Positions 26,218 to 35,938 of a DNA stretch of 64,000 bases are shown here, one piece after another. The stretch lies in the sequence record OQ603353.1; one strand, 5' to 3'. A model generated the notes under the pieces. The model ran no database searches, was not told the DNA's origin, and worked only from the letters and a program-made list of their open reading frames with translations. Made by a program: the position numbers and the translations under genes. Every line of letters begins with the position of its first letter. Within the stretch, counting starts at the first letter, position 1.

Positions 26218-27903
26218 ATGCTACTCAACGGTACTCCGTTTAACTTTGTTCCATTCAACCAGCCCGAGTTGGCGCCGTTGGGAGTTTTCATCAACGATAC
26301 CCAGCCGGTGCAAATGTCGGTGTCAGGCATTGGCTACCTGACAACCGCTATTATCCCGATTCAGGATAATCAGGCCATCCGCACCTCGACCACGTTCAAG
26401 CTGGTCATCCCGTATCACTTCACCACTGAATCTCCTGTTGTTGGTATCGGTCTGCTGCAAGGCACTACCATCAACTACGGCTGGAAGATGCCCACTGCTG
26501 ATCCGGTCCTTGGCGTCGGCCTGTTGCAGTACCCCAGCAACATCATCGGTCAGCACTTCGAGAGCCAAGGCGAAACGGGCATAGGCATCACGCAAGAAGC
26601 GACTGTTCGCATCAACTTCCACGAGGAAGCTGGATTCAGCGATTACGCCGTTGGTAAGCTGCAAATCTCTACAGTCAAGCTCGGCTACCGTGGCGAGTCT
26701 GACTACATGCAGGGCTATGGTATCACGCAGACTACATACACCTCTGTTGGTACGAACATTATCTCGTTTACGGGTGCTGGTCGCATCGTCACCAGTATCG
26801 GGCCTGTGTTCGCCGTGTTCTATAGCGGTATCCGAATCTCTCCTGATCCAGCATTCGTTAAGCTGACCACTATCGAGGACCAACCCCGTGTTATCCTTGG
26901 TACGGTCACGCCGCGTAACCTTACTCCACGCATCCACACGTCCACCTCGTTCAGTGCGAGTCCGGTACTGTCTACGGTGCGGCCGCGCCTCAAGCCTTCG
27001 CATATCATCACGAAGGCCGAGGCCTCCGTCAAAATCTACAAGCGCCCTGAGCCTCTAATCATCGCTGCTTCCGCTGGTCAGCATAGCGTGATTACGAAGG
27101 CGGGTAATGTGGTGGTGCATCAGGCTACGCTCAAGCTTTCTCCCCAGCAAGCCCCTGCCATCGCCACTGCCCCCTCGGGCGGTACGTTCTTCACTACAGC
27201 TATCGTCGAGCCTGCACCTGCAACGATGCACCTCAAGGCCCTGCGTGGTACGGAGTTCCAAGAAGTGGTTGTCGAAGGCGCTGCCTCCATGCAGACCTCG
27301 GCTTCCGCTGAAATCAAGTGGGCTCCTTACATTGTAGACCAGCAAGTCACCGTCCAGACTAACGCAAACTTCGGTCTGTACGTTGGCTCCATCGTGGTTG
27401 ATGTAGGTGTGATCCCCCCTGTCTCTATGAAGGTTGGGTTGGAAAAGGTGGTGCAGACCACGCTGACTATCGAAGACCACGTAACGTCCGCTACGTCGGC
27501 GTCGGGCGATGGCTTGATGGGAAGCATGGCGTTCTCTTACGAAGCGTCTGCGCAGGTATCGGTTGCTAACGATCCTGTGTTCCTGACTACGGCAGTTCTT
27601 AAGCCGGAGCCTGCTTCGATTACTACCAGTGCAGGTGGCCCCAAGATTCAGATGCCGCCCTTGGTTCTCGACAATGAGTTCCAAGGAAGCGTTCAAACTG
27701 ACTCCGAAGGCGATGTACTGCTCGGTACAATCAATGCAAGTTTCGTCTCTGCCAAGATCAAGACGACGGCCGAAGGTCAATTTAAGAGAGGAACGGCAAG
27801 CCCCTATAAGGGCGGTCCTGTTGTAGATACGGATGATCGACACATACTCAACGTTGAACCATTGAACAAACCCGGATTGAGAAGTATTAACATCCAGAAC
27901 TAG
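26218..27903 (+). CDS. Probable virion (tail/baseplate) protein, Thr/Ser/Val-rich
   Basis: 561-aa ORF; N-terminal FNF..FN motif, beta-strand-rich, follows the fibre genes. Confidence 0.6.
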   Translation: MLLNGTPFNFVPFNQPELAPLGVFINDTQPVQMSVSGIGYLTTAIIPIQDNQAIRTSTTFKLVIPYHFTTESPVVGIGLLQGTTINYGWKMPTADPVLGVGLLQYPSNIIGQHFESQGETGIGITQEATVRINFHEEAGFSDYAVGKLQISTVKLGYRGESDYMQGYGITQTTYTSVGTNIISFTGAGRIVTSIGPVFAVFYSGIRISPDPAFVKLTTIEDQPRVILGTVTPRNLTPRIHTSTSFSASPVLSTVRPRLKPSHIITKAEASVKIYKRPEPLIIAASAGQHSVITKAGNVVVHQATLKLSPQQAPAIATAPSGGTFFTTAIVEPAPATMHLKALRGTEFQEVVVEGAASMQTSASAEIKWAPYIVDQQVTVQTNANFGLYVGSIVVDVGVIPPVSMKVGLEKVVQTTLTIEDHVTSATSASGDGLMGSMAFSYEASAQVSVANDPVFLTTAVLKPEPASITTSAGGPKIQMPPLVLDNEFQGSVQTDSEGDVLLGTINASFVSAKIKTTAEGQFKRGTASPYKGGPVVDTDDRHILNVEPLNKPGLRSINIQN

Positions 27904-27915
27904 GACCATTGACTC

Positions 27916-28644
27916 ATGCGCGGCATCTACATTTCGACCTTCGCTACACAGAAGACGCAGGACCGTCTTTCCTATCTTCTCGCGCAGGCAGCCTCCGCTG
28001 GCATTCCCGCCCTGCTTCCGAACGATATTCACGTCACCCTAGCGCACGATAGGGATACCTTGCACACGCCGCCGGAGTTGTCCGCAGAGTCCGATCCTCT
28101 GCGCATCTACACTGCACGTGTGTTGATGGTGGAGCAATGGGAAACCGGAAACGGCAATCCCATTCTCGTCGCTTCACTGTTCTGCCCTGAACTGCACGAA
28201 CGTTGGGAATACTGGCGATCCCTCGGGTTGGAGTGGGACTTCCCCACCTTCCGTCCACACTTCAGTCTCACCGACGGAATCAAGGGTATTCCGCGAAAGG
28301 ATGTTGCCAAATGGTGCCGCATCTTCAACGAAGCCCTGCAAGATTTTGAGTTTGAATTCACCCACGAATACGTGCAATACATTCGTGCTGACGCCTTCAA
28401 GGACCCGACCGATGACGACGAGGAAGACCTTGACGGCGATGAGCATCCTGTAGAGTCGAGCACTTCGCACAAGACGAAAGGCGGTAAGAAGAGCACCATC
28501 CCGCTTGAGGGAGTGCCTGTTCACCGGCCCAAGTTGAGTGACCATGAAGCTCGCAGCATGAAGAAGTTTGGCTTCAACGCACACGGTATCATGGATCGTG
28601 TCCATGACCTAAGGAACGATGATGACGAAACCGAAGAAGAGTAA
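27916..28644 (+). CDS. acb1: Acb1-like (T4 gp57B-like) 2H phosphoesterase, anti-CBASS nuclease, with charged C-terminal extension
   Basis: GIY...IHVT...W.T.NG..ILV..L..PEL.ERW...RSLG...DF..F.PHFSL...EY aligns by eye along its length with T4 gp57B/Acb1. Both HxT/S motifs are present. Confidence 0.75.
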   Translation: MRGIYISTFATQKTQDRLSYLLAQAASAGIPALLPNDIHVTLAHDRDTLHTPPELSAESDPLRIYTARVLMVEQWETGNGNPILVASLFCPELHERWEYWRSLGLEWDFPTFRPHFSLTDGIKGIPRKDVAKWCRIFNEALQDFEFEFTHEYVQYIRADAFKDPTDDDEEDLDGDEHPVESSTSHKTKGGKKSTIPLEGVPVHRPKLSDHEARSMKKFGFNAHGIMDRVHDLRNDDDETEEE

Positions 28645-29419
28645 GCTCAAGAAAATTCCTCTTCTGCTGGGAACCGGAGAAGCACAGGTGAGTGCTTCTG
28701 CCTTCGACCTCGGGGCGCTTAAGCGCCCCGAGGTGGTAAAGAAGAAAAAGAAAAAGGAGGTTGCCGAGGAAGAGCCTGTCAAGAAGAAGCGGAAGAAGAA
28801 ATCGCAGGCCAATTTTGCTCCCGAAGAGAGTGCGATGGCTGAGGTGCGTGAACGCGCCGAGCAGCTGCCTGCCTTGAAGCACCACGAACCCAACGATCTT
28901 GAACTGCAAAAGCTGCGCGATGCTAAACGGTCTATGCGCAACCTTGAAGGCACGTTCAAGAAGTATTCACCCGAAGCTGCCATGCTCATTGAACGTGAGC
29001 AGATCGGTAGTAGCGCACAGCTGATTCAGCGAGGCATGCTGATGATGCTGCTAGACAGTATCCCGATTGCAGAAGACGCGTACCACTCGCGGCCTAGCCA
29101 GAGTAACGCCATTGCCTTGCAGGCCCTAATCAATACGGGTCGAGACGTGCTGGCTGAAATCGAGCAAACCAACGACGGTACGGAACTCCTGTCTGCTCTC
29201 ATGAACGAAGTGATGCTCCCCAACTTCCATGAGATTGCACACCACCTTGTTATGGCCCTGTTCCACCTACGTGAGCAGGTACAGAACGTGGTGCCGGACA
29301 ACATGCGGCGCGTGGTTGACGGAAAGTTCAACGACATTGCACAAGAGATCCGAGTCTACCTCAGTGAGAAATTCGTTGACCTGCGCGAGCGTACTATGGA
29401 ACGCTTGAAGGAAGGTTAA
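28619..29419 (+). CDS. Hypothetical protein with Lys-rich N-terminus and helical C-domain
   Basis: 266-aa ORF overlapping the previous gene by 26 nt. Confidence 0.7.
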   Translation: MMTKPKKSKLKKIPLLLGTGEAQVSASAFDLGALKRPEVVKKKKKKEVAEEEPVKKKRKKKSQANFAPEESAMAEVRERAEQLPALKHHEPNDLELQKLRDAKRSMRNLEGTFKKYSPEAAMLIEREQIGSSAQLIQRGMLMMLLDSIPIAEDAYHSRPSQSNAIALQALINTGRDVLAEIEQTNDGTELLSALMNEVMLPNFHEIAHHLVMALFHLREQVQNVVPDNMRRVVDGKFNDIAQEIRVYLSEKFVDLRERTMERLKEG

Positions 29420-29421
29420 GC

Positions 29422-29796
29422 ATGCCCATACGGAAAACGGGAACGGTCAAGGTCAACCGCCGCTCTGGAGGAACCCACCGAATCGTTCGGGGCAAGTACA
29501 CGGGCACTAAGGAAGGGTGGCGCTCCCTGTCGGACAAGATCAAGAAAAGAGACGGCTGGTGCTGCCGCAAATGTGGCAGGAACAAACTGGCTGTGCGCGC
29601 CCGAGGTGACTTCCTAGAGGTTGACCACATCATCCCGATTTCCAAGGGCGGCACTGATTCTCCCAGCAATCTATGGACGCTTTGTAGCACCTGCCACGGA
29701 AAGCGTCCCGGCCATAAACACCTGCAAAAACGTAGGCAACCAAATGCGAATTCTCCAAAACCTGCGCCATACCGGATCGGCTCCTACTCAGGATAG
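29422..29796 (+). CDS. HNH endonuclease
   Basis: RDGWCCRKCG...LEVDHIIPISKGGTD...NLWTLCSTCH. Confidence 0.9.
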   Translation: MPIRKTGTVKVNRRSGGTHRIVRGKYTGTKEGWRSLSDKIKKRDGWCCRKCGRNKLAVRARGDFLEVDHIIPISKGGTDSPSNLWTLCSTCHGKRPGHKHLQKRRQPNANSPKPAPYRIGSYSG

Positions 29797-30310
29797 CCCC
29801 GAAACCGCCTCCTTGCGCCGTCTCACCAATACTGTAAAGAAAGGGGAAGTGCAGAAAAACCCAATTTCGCCCAAGCAGCTAGAGGTTCTCTCCGTAGAGG
29901 CTCCAGTTGCTTTCGACGTTATCGAGCCTCCGGCATCTGACCTTACCCCGCTGCCTACTGTATATGGGCCGCCGGTCATCCCGGAAGGTGACGTGGTTCC
30001 TGTCTTCAAGAAGCGCAATCTTGCGAACGAGAATCGGAGAGAGATACGCCTGCTGAAAGAGCAGCTGCGTGACCTGTCTGAACCCTCCGAGGACGAACAG
30101 CTTGATCGTATCCTCGACTGGCTCAGTTCCAAGAATCTGGATGACGGATTCAACTACGCGCAGACGTTCTACAACACCACGTTCCTTGAGAGTCTGGACA
30201 AGAGCTTCGCCATCCGACTCGCTCAGAACCTATACGCCATGTTCGCCAGTCAGGGGCGCGTTTACGCTCCGTGGGCGGACTTCGTTTCACATACTCCGGT
30301 GCTGGCATGA
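29744..30310 (+). CDS. Hypothetical protein
   Basis: Likely start ATG 29744 (MRILQNL...). ATGA coupling to the helicase gene; contains ETASLRRL. Confidence 0.6.
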   Translation: MRILQNLRHTGSAPTQDSPETASLRRLTNTVKKGEVQKNPISPKQLEVLSVEAPVAFDVIEPPASDLTPLPTVYGPPVIPEGDVVPVFKKRNLANENRREIRLLKEQLRDLSEPSEDEQLDRILDWLSSKNLDDGFNYAQTFYNTTFLESLDKSFAIRLAQNLYAMFASQGRVYAPWADFVSHTPVLA

Positions 30311-33300
30311 AAGAGATAGCGGCAACGCTGACTAACAACCCCATTGAACGTCCGGAAGGCATTGACGAAACTTACCTGTATCCGCTGCTGCATGATGGCG
30401 AGGCGGTGCAGTCGGTCCTTGGCCTGCTGGTCGCCGGTTGGAAGGGCTACTTGGCGGAAAGCGCCAAGAAGACGGGTAAGTATGCAGTCAACCTTCTAGA
30501 TCGTAAGGACCCCGATCGCAGCCTGTTCATGCCTGATGAAGACTATCTGGCAGACTTGGGCGAGAACATCGGTAGCATCGAAAACTCTGCGCGCGTGCAG
30601 GTGCGTCGTGAGGGTAAGGGCTTCACGCTTTCCTTCCCGATCCTTGCTATGCACAAGGAAGACTACAAGAACAACACGCTCTCCCCGACCTCCCTGAGCA
30701 ACCTTGCCAAGACCTTTCCCGCTACGGGAGACACGGGTTCCGCGATGGTGTCTCATAGCTCGCCGGAGAGCTATCAGCATTTCTACGAACTGCTGACCAA
30801 GGTGATCCCGAAGGCTTCGCAGGCTCAGTTCTTCAACCCTGCTGAACCCATCGACATTTTCATCCCGGTTGACGTGACCAAGGAACACATTGGTTACACC
30901 CCGAAGCTGGAGGCGCAGTTCGTTAGCGCTGAAACTCTACGGGCTGCTGAGAAGTACATCAAGGGCTATCGTCTGATCGGCCCACCGATTCCTTCCCGTC
31001 ATCAGTACCTTGGCGAACTGTCGGTTACGCACGACGACGAAGAGACTCGCTACACCCCGACGTCCATCAAGGACGTGGTTAACAAGGGTGACTACGCAAC
31101 TTGGGTTGCGATGAATCGTGAAGTCTTTGTCTACGCCGATCTGCACCTGCCGGAAGACTTCGCCAAGTTTGTTGGCCAGAGCCACAACCCGTCGCCGTCC
31201 ATGATCTTTGTGTGGTTCATGGCGTGGATGCGTTATTGGGTTGGCGACAGCGCGAATGCTCACGTTGAGGCCGTCCGGCCCATGTCGTCCATTCGTGATG
31301 AGAACCTGCATCGTCCGAACAAGCCCAAAGTCAACAAAGACGGCTTGATGATTTCTCCGGATGGGTACATCTACTACATCCCGACCGTGGATAACGTAGA
31401 CCTATACGAGCAGGCATTCCACGAATTTGTGGAACGCGACGGTGGCGTGTTCACTCTTGCGGACATGCGTAGCACGGTCAAGCCGACCAAGAAGCTGCCT
31501 GCCAACAAGCTGATCTACACCGATTGGGAGAACAACAAGATCGCCTACTCCAACTCGGATGGTTTGGTCAACATCCTGAATCTGGACGGCTATCAGCCTG
31601 TGACTTCTACGCAGGCCCGCAACTTCCTCGACCTGCCGATCATGAAGGTGCAGCAGCGCACTCGCGTCAAGCATCTGGCTTCGGTACTTACCTACACCCT
31701 GCGCAACCGTGTGCCTGAGCGTCAGATCACGGATATGTCGGAGGAGACTCGCCGTGGGTTGGTCGCCCTGAACGTTAGCTCCCACCAAGTCGGTGGTGCC
31801 TACGTGAATGGCGAAGTCGGTCCGTTCATGGCCACCTTGGACAAGTCGGTAAAGGTGCTTGGCGAAATGTATGCACAGGCGCCTAACAGCGTTCCTGCTT
31901 TGTTCCGTGACTACGCTGACACCTACGGGCACGAACTACAGGACGTGAAGTTCCACAATCTGTTCGACTTTGCGCCTATCAAGTGGATCGGTAACGCTCT
32001 GCAAGGTGCCTTCCAAGCGGTTTCCCCGTCGCTTGTTCTGGCCGAACATGCCAGCGAGCACGATCAGGAAGCCATCGTCAACTTTATCGAGTCGCGCTAC
32101 CCGCTGTCGGGCATGGAAGAACTAGGCACCCTCATCGCCCTAGTCAAGTACGGCACGAACTACCCGAAGATCGTTTCCTACGATCTGGCACGTCGCCGCC
32201 AGTACCTTGAGCCTGTGATTCCGGGCTATGATTGGCAGCCCAAGCCACTTCCATACGTCGCTGAGAACCGAGCCCTGATGCCGCATCAGGCCCGCATCGA
32301 CGGCATCCTGACGCTGAACAAGCCGGACTGGACGATCCTTGACGTTGACGCGGGTGGTGGTAAGACGGGCATTGGCCTGCGTTACATCATCACCCTGCTG
32401 GAAGGTAAGGACGTGAAGCGGGCGTGTATCACCTGCCCCAGCTTCTTGGTGAAGAACTACATCGAAGAAAACGTGTACTTCTACGATGGCCGGATCAACA
32501 TGATCGTCATCAGCACGGACACCCTCAACACCTACGGTGAGGATGGCCTGCGCACGATGATTGAGAACTCGCCTCCGAACACCATCCTGCTGACTGACTT
32601 TGGGTTCCTGTCCAACCATCACCGCAACCGCGTCGTGTTCTACGGCAGCGGCGAAGTGACCATCAACCTCAATGCGGAATTCCTGACCACGCTGGGCATC
32701 GACTACATGATCGTAGACGAATCGCACGGCCTGCGCAACGAGGAAAGCAACAAGAGTCAAGCAGCCCGTAAGCTCGCCCTGACGATGGACAAGAAGGCCA
32801 TCGCTACGGGTACGTTCATCAACAACCAAATCAGTGACACCGCTGGTCAGTTCGCACTGTTTGACCCCTCGGTCTTCGGCAACAAGCAGGACTTCATTGA
32901 CGAATTCGCAGAAGTGATCGTCGGTGGCAAGGTGGTCAAGTGGAAGGACAACGCTGAGGCCGAGATTCGTAAGCGCATTGGTGTGCAGTCGTGTCTCATC
33001 AGCGCACGTCGTAAGGAATGGGGCGCAATGCTTCCGCATCTACGCGAGAGCATCATCCCTATCTATCAGGACGAACTGAACCCCGATTGGGTCGCTGCGT
33101 ATCAAGCCATTCTGGAAGAAACGATTGAGGCCATCAAGGCCAACAAGTCGTTGGTAAAGCAGCTGCAAGATGACAACGTAGACGAACTGGACTTGGCAGG
33201 TGCGCTGAATCCATACCTCGCACGCCTCGAAATGTTCATGACCGCTCCCGGGTCTGACCCGCTGGGCGCGAAGGTGCTAAAGGGTGACGCTTCTATCGGT

Positions 33301-35178
33301 CCCAAGGTCAAGGTGGTGGCTCAGATTGTTGATGAGCACGTGACTGATCCGGAGGCTAAGGACGGCAAAATCCTCATCATCACGAACTACCATGCGTCCG
33401 CAGATGCGCTCTACAACAACCTGCCTGCGCACCTCAAGTCCAAGTTTATCCGCTACCACGCGGAGAACAAGGATCGGGATATCAGCAAGTTCAAGCGTGA
33501 CCCAGACATCATCGGCATGATCGGTGTGGAAGACAGCCTCGGTACGGGCCACAACTTCCAGTTCTGCTCGCGCATCGTGCGTATCGAAACCAAGTGGAAC
33601 CCCGGTGATTTGGAGCAGGCCAACGCGCGTATCTGGCGTCCTGATCCGAAGAACATCGGCAGTGAAGCACGTACTGTGTTCATTGATTGGGTGGTGGTTG
33701 ATCGCACCATCGACGTGTGCAAGTTTGCTCGTCTGATTTCCAAGGTCATTTCCAAGGTCAAGTTTGACGAAGCAGACAATCCGAAGTACGACGATCTGGA
33801 AGCGCTCCCGATCATCAAGATGAACCTTGACACGATCCGGTCGCTCAACTCGATCACGAAGCATCTGGCCGCGTATCACCAAGAATACACGACGTACAAG
33901 AACATCTACAACAAGGAAATGAAGGAGTTCCGCGAGAAGCACAAGGATACCTTCAAGTTCAAGCCCATTGAGAACAGCGGTGAACCGCTGCCGGGCGGCG
34001 CAATGATGCGTCACGTTACCTATGTCCCTGAAATGCACCTGCCGGATACCAAGCAACTTGGCATCGTGCGCTACTCCGACTACGTGGATTCCCACGCGGG
34101 CGAGAATCAGGGCATCGTTGACTTTGACACCGTAGGCAAGTACGTCCACACGGAATTCGGTGACGGCAAGATCATCGGCATGAGCGGCTCGACCTTAAAG
34201 GTCAAGCTGAAAGATGGAACTATCATCAAGAGCATCAACAAGCTCAAGACGTTCATCATCCCCGACAAGAAGACCTATGACGCCGACGGAGACACCATCC
34301 GGGATCGCATGGCTCACTTGATCGGTGTGCCCATGAAGAAGGCGAAGAAGAAAAAGGAAGTGCCTGTCGAGGAAGCTCCGAAGCCTGTGCAGAAGGTCAA
34401 GCGACTCAAGACGGTTGAAGAACCTGTCGAAGAGAAGCCCAAGAAGGCCAAGAAGCAGGAAGAGGAAGCTCCTAAGCTGCGCACGCTCAAGCCTAAGAAG
34501 GCGCCGCCTGCCCCGAAGGTCAAGAAGAAGCCAGAGGTCGATGCTGAACTGGAGTTCTTTGTTGAGGTGGCCTACGATCAAGTCACCCTCGGTACGTACA
34601 AGGATGAAGCGGACGAGGATGAAGCCGCAGTTGGCGTGCTGGAGTCGCTTGGTTTCAAGGATACGGGTGCGTACTCCTTCGCTATCATCAAGACTCGGAA
34701 GCACTTGGTTAACTTCCTCGAAGTGCTGCAAAGTAAGTTCGTGGTGAAGCCGGACTTCCTTGAACGACTGGAAGACCTGCAAGCCTTCTTCAACAAGGGA
34801 CCGAAGAACGCATTCAACGCTCGCAGTGCGCTCAAGGCAATGGACGTGCGTAACTTCTGGCGCATGAAGCGCAACAAGGCGGGTGCCAACGAAGTCAGGC
34901 CGTATGCTGTCGTGCTCAACCACGAACTGCACATTGCCTTCGCGTTGTCTTCCAACCAGCCCGCAAATCGCAAGGTGGCACGTCAAGTGCGTGTACCGGG
35001 CGTCAAGTGGGATTCCTCGGATGGCGATTACATCAAATTCCTGCCCAACAAGGGCGCTGTAACTTCCACCCTTTCCGAACTGTCCAAGGCAGGCATCACT
35101 GTTGCCAACCTCAAGGACGTGAAGAAGGTACTCTCGGAGCTCAAGCTCCACACCCCAGCCAAGAAAGAAGAGGAGTAA
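30307..35178 (+). CDS. Giant SNF2-like (SF2) helicase/translocase, ~1620 aa
   Basis: LMPHQ (Q motif), DAGGGKT (I), IVDESH (II), ATGT (III), GTGHNFQ (V) and QANARIWRP (VI). Confidence 0.85.
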   Translation: MKEIAATLTNNPIERPEGIDETYLYPLLHDGEAVQSVLGLLVAGWKGYLAESAKKTGKYAVNLLDRKDPDRSLFMPDEDYLADLGENIGSIENSARVQVRREGKGFTLSFPILAMHKEDYKNNTLSPTSLSNLAKTFPATGDTGSAMVSHSSPESYQHFYELLTKVIPKASQAQFFNPAEPIDIFIPVDVTKEHIGYTPKLEAQFVSAETLRAAEKYIKGYRLIGPPIPSRHQYLGELSVTHDDEETRYTPTSIKDVVNKGDYATWVAMNREVFVYADLHLPEDFAKFVGQSHNPSPSMIFVWFMAWMRYWVGDSANAHVEAVRPMSSIRDENLHRPNKPKVNKDGLMISPDGYIYYIPTVDNVDLYEQAFHEFVERDGGVFTLADMRSTVKPTKKLPANKLIYTDWENNKIAYSNSDGLVNILNLDGYQPVTSTQARNFLDLPIMKVQQRTRVKHLASVLTYTLRNRVPERQITDMSEETRRGLVALNVSSHQVGGAYVNGEVGPFMATLDKSVKVLGEMYAQAPNSVPALFRDYADTYGHELQDVKFHNLFDFAPIKWIGNALQGAFQAVSPSLVLAEHASEHDQEAIVNFIESRYPLSGMEELGTLIALVKYGTNYPKIVSYDLARRRQYLEPVIPGYDWQPKPLPYVAENRALMPHQARIDGILTLNKPDWTILDVDAGGGKTGIGLRYIITLLEGKDVKRACITCPSFLVKNYIEENVYFYDGRINMIVISTDTLNTYGEDGLRTMIENSPPNTILLTDFGFLSNHHRNRVVFYGSGEVTINLNAEFLTTLGIDYMIVDESHGLRNEESNKSQAARKLALTMDKKAIATGTFINNQISDTAGQFALFDPSVFGNKQDFIDEFAEVIVGGKVVKWKDNAEAEIRKRIGVQSCLISARRKEWGAMLPHLRESIIPIYQDELNPDWVAAYQAILEETIEAIKANKSLVKQLQDDNVDELDLAGALNPYLARLEMFMTAPGSDPLGAKVLKGDASIGPKVKVVAQIVDEHVTDPEAKDGKILIITNYHASADALYNNLPAHLKSKFIRYHAENKDRDISKFKRDPDIIGMIGVEDSLGTGHNFQFCSRIVRIETKWNPGDLEQANARIWRPDPKNIGSEARTVFIDWVVVDRTIDVCKFARLISKVISKVKFDEADNPKYDDLEALPIIKMNLDTIRSLNSITKHLAAYHQEYTTYKNIYNKEMKEFREKHKDTFKFKPIENSGEPLPGGAMMRHVTYVPEMHLPDTKQLGIVRYSDYVDSHAGENQGIVDFDTVGKYVHTEFGDGKIIGMSGSTLKVKLKDGTIIKSINKLKTFIIPDKKTYDADGDTIRDRMAHLIGVPMKKAKKKKEVPVEEAPKPVQKVKRLKTVEEPVEEKPKKAKKQEEEAPKLRTLKPKKAPPAPKVKKKPEVDAELEFFVEVAYDQVTLGTYKDEADEDEAAVGVLESLGFKDTGAYSFAIIKTRKHLVNFLEVLQSKFVVKPDFLERLEDLQAFFNKGPKNAFNARSALKAMDVRNFWRMKRNKAGANEVRPYAVVLNHELHIAFALSSNQPANRKVARQVRVPGVKWDSSDGDYIKFLPNKGAVTSTLSELSKAGITVANLKDVKKVLSELKLHTPAKKEEE

Positions 35179-35183
35179 TACCA

Positions 35184-35822
35184 ATGCTGTCCAAATTCCA
35201 AGTTACCAAGGTGCAGCAGGCGCTGGTCAACCTCGGCCTTGTGGTCGAAGGCTACCTGCCGGAGGGTGAATGGGACGCTATGACCAACACCCTGTACTGG
35301 CGTTACGCCACCAACACCCCGCCTTTCGTGGCAGCCAACGCTATCGGCTTTGTGCCGGGTGACGTGTACCTGCTGCATCCGGGTGTCGTGGAAGCGGTAG
35401 GCGGTGCCGAGGCGTTCTACGATGAGAATTTCGTCGCTCCCGTCTCGGATGAGGAACTGGATGAAGAACTGGATGACACCCCGGCTCTCGATCCTGCCGT
35501 CTTCGCAGCCCTGAACGCCGCTGTGCCGGAAGCCACTGACCTGCCTCCGGCTGACGATCAGCTGACCGCATCGCAGACTGGCCTCATCAACGAAGCCCCG
35601 TCGAGCGCGGAGCCGGATGCTGCCCAGCCGTCGGTGAACGCTGCTGCACAGAACGCTGGCACCCAGCAGGAAGAGGCAGAGGAAGAAGAGTACGACGATG
35701 AATCGGATGATGAAGAGGAAGAGGACGAAGACGATTCGGAAGATGAAGGCAGCACCAAGGATGAGGTGACCGAGCCGGTTGCTCCGCCAACTGGTGCTAA
35801 GAAGAAAAAGAAGAAGCGCTAA
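35184..35822 (+). CDS. Acidic low-complexity protein; N-terminus resembles a peptidoglycan-binding helix pair
   Basis: GAGGAG upstream of ATG 35184; VTKVQQALVNLG...GEWDAMT; D/E-rich tail ending KKKKKKR. Confidence 0.65.
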   Translation: MLSKFQVTKVQQALVNLGLVVEGYLPEGEWDAMTNTLYWRYATNTPPFVAANAIGFVPGDVYLLHPGVVEAVGGAEAFYDENFVAPVSDEELDEELDDTPALDPAVFAALNAAVPEATDLPPADDQLTASQTGLINEAPSSAEPDAAQPSVNAAAQNAGTQQEEAEEEEYDDESDDEEEEDEDDSEDEGSTKDEVTEPVAPPTGAKKKKKKR

Positions 35823-35840
35823 CCCTTCGGGTTAAGCATT

Positions 35841-35870
35841 GAAAGGGGCGTCTTAGGGCGCCCCTTTCTC
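35841..35870. terminator. Intrinsic terminator closing the structural block
   Basis: GAAAGGGGCG/CGCCCCTTTC 10-bp stem. Confidence 0.75.
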
Positions 35871-35880
35871 GTTGCTGGAA

Positions 35881-35890
35881 TCCTGTAAAC
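35881..35890 (+). promoter_or_regulatory. Candidate middle promoter TCCTGTAAAC
   Basis: Intergenic, upstream of the DNA polymerase; recurrent motif. Confidence 0.55.
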
Positions 35891-35938
35891 GATAACTGTA
35901 GTGTGTATGCAAGCGTACCATCCTAACAGGAGTTTTGA

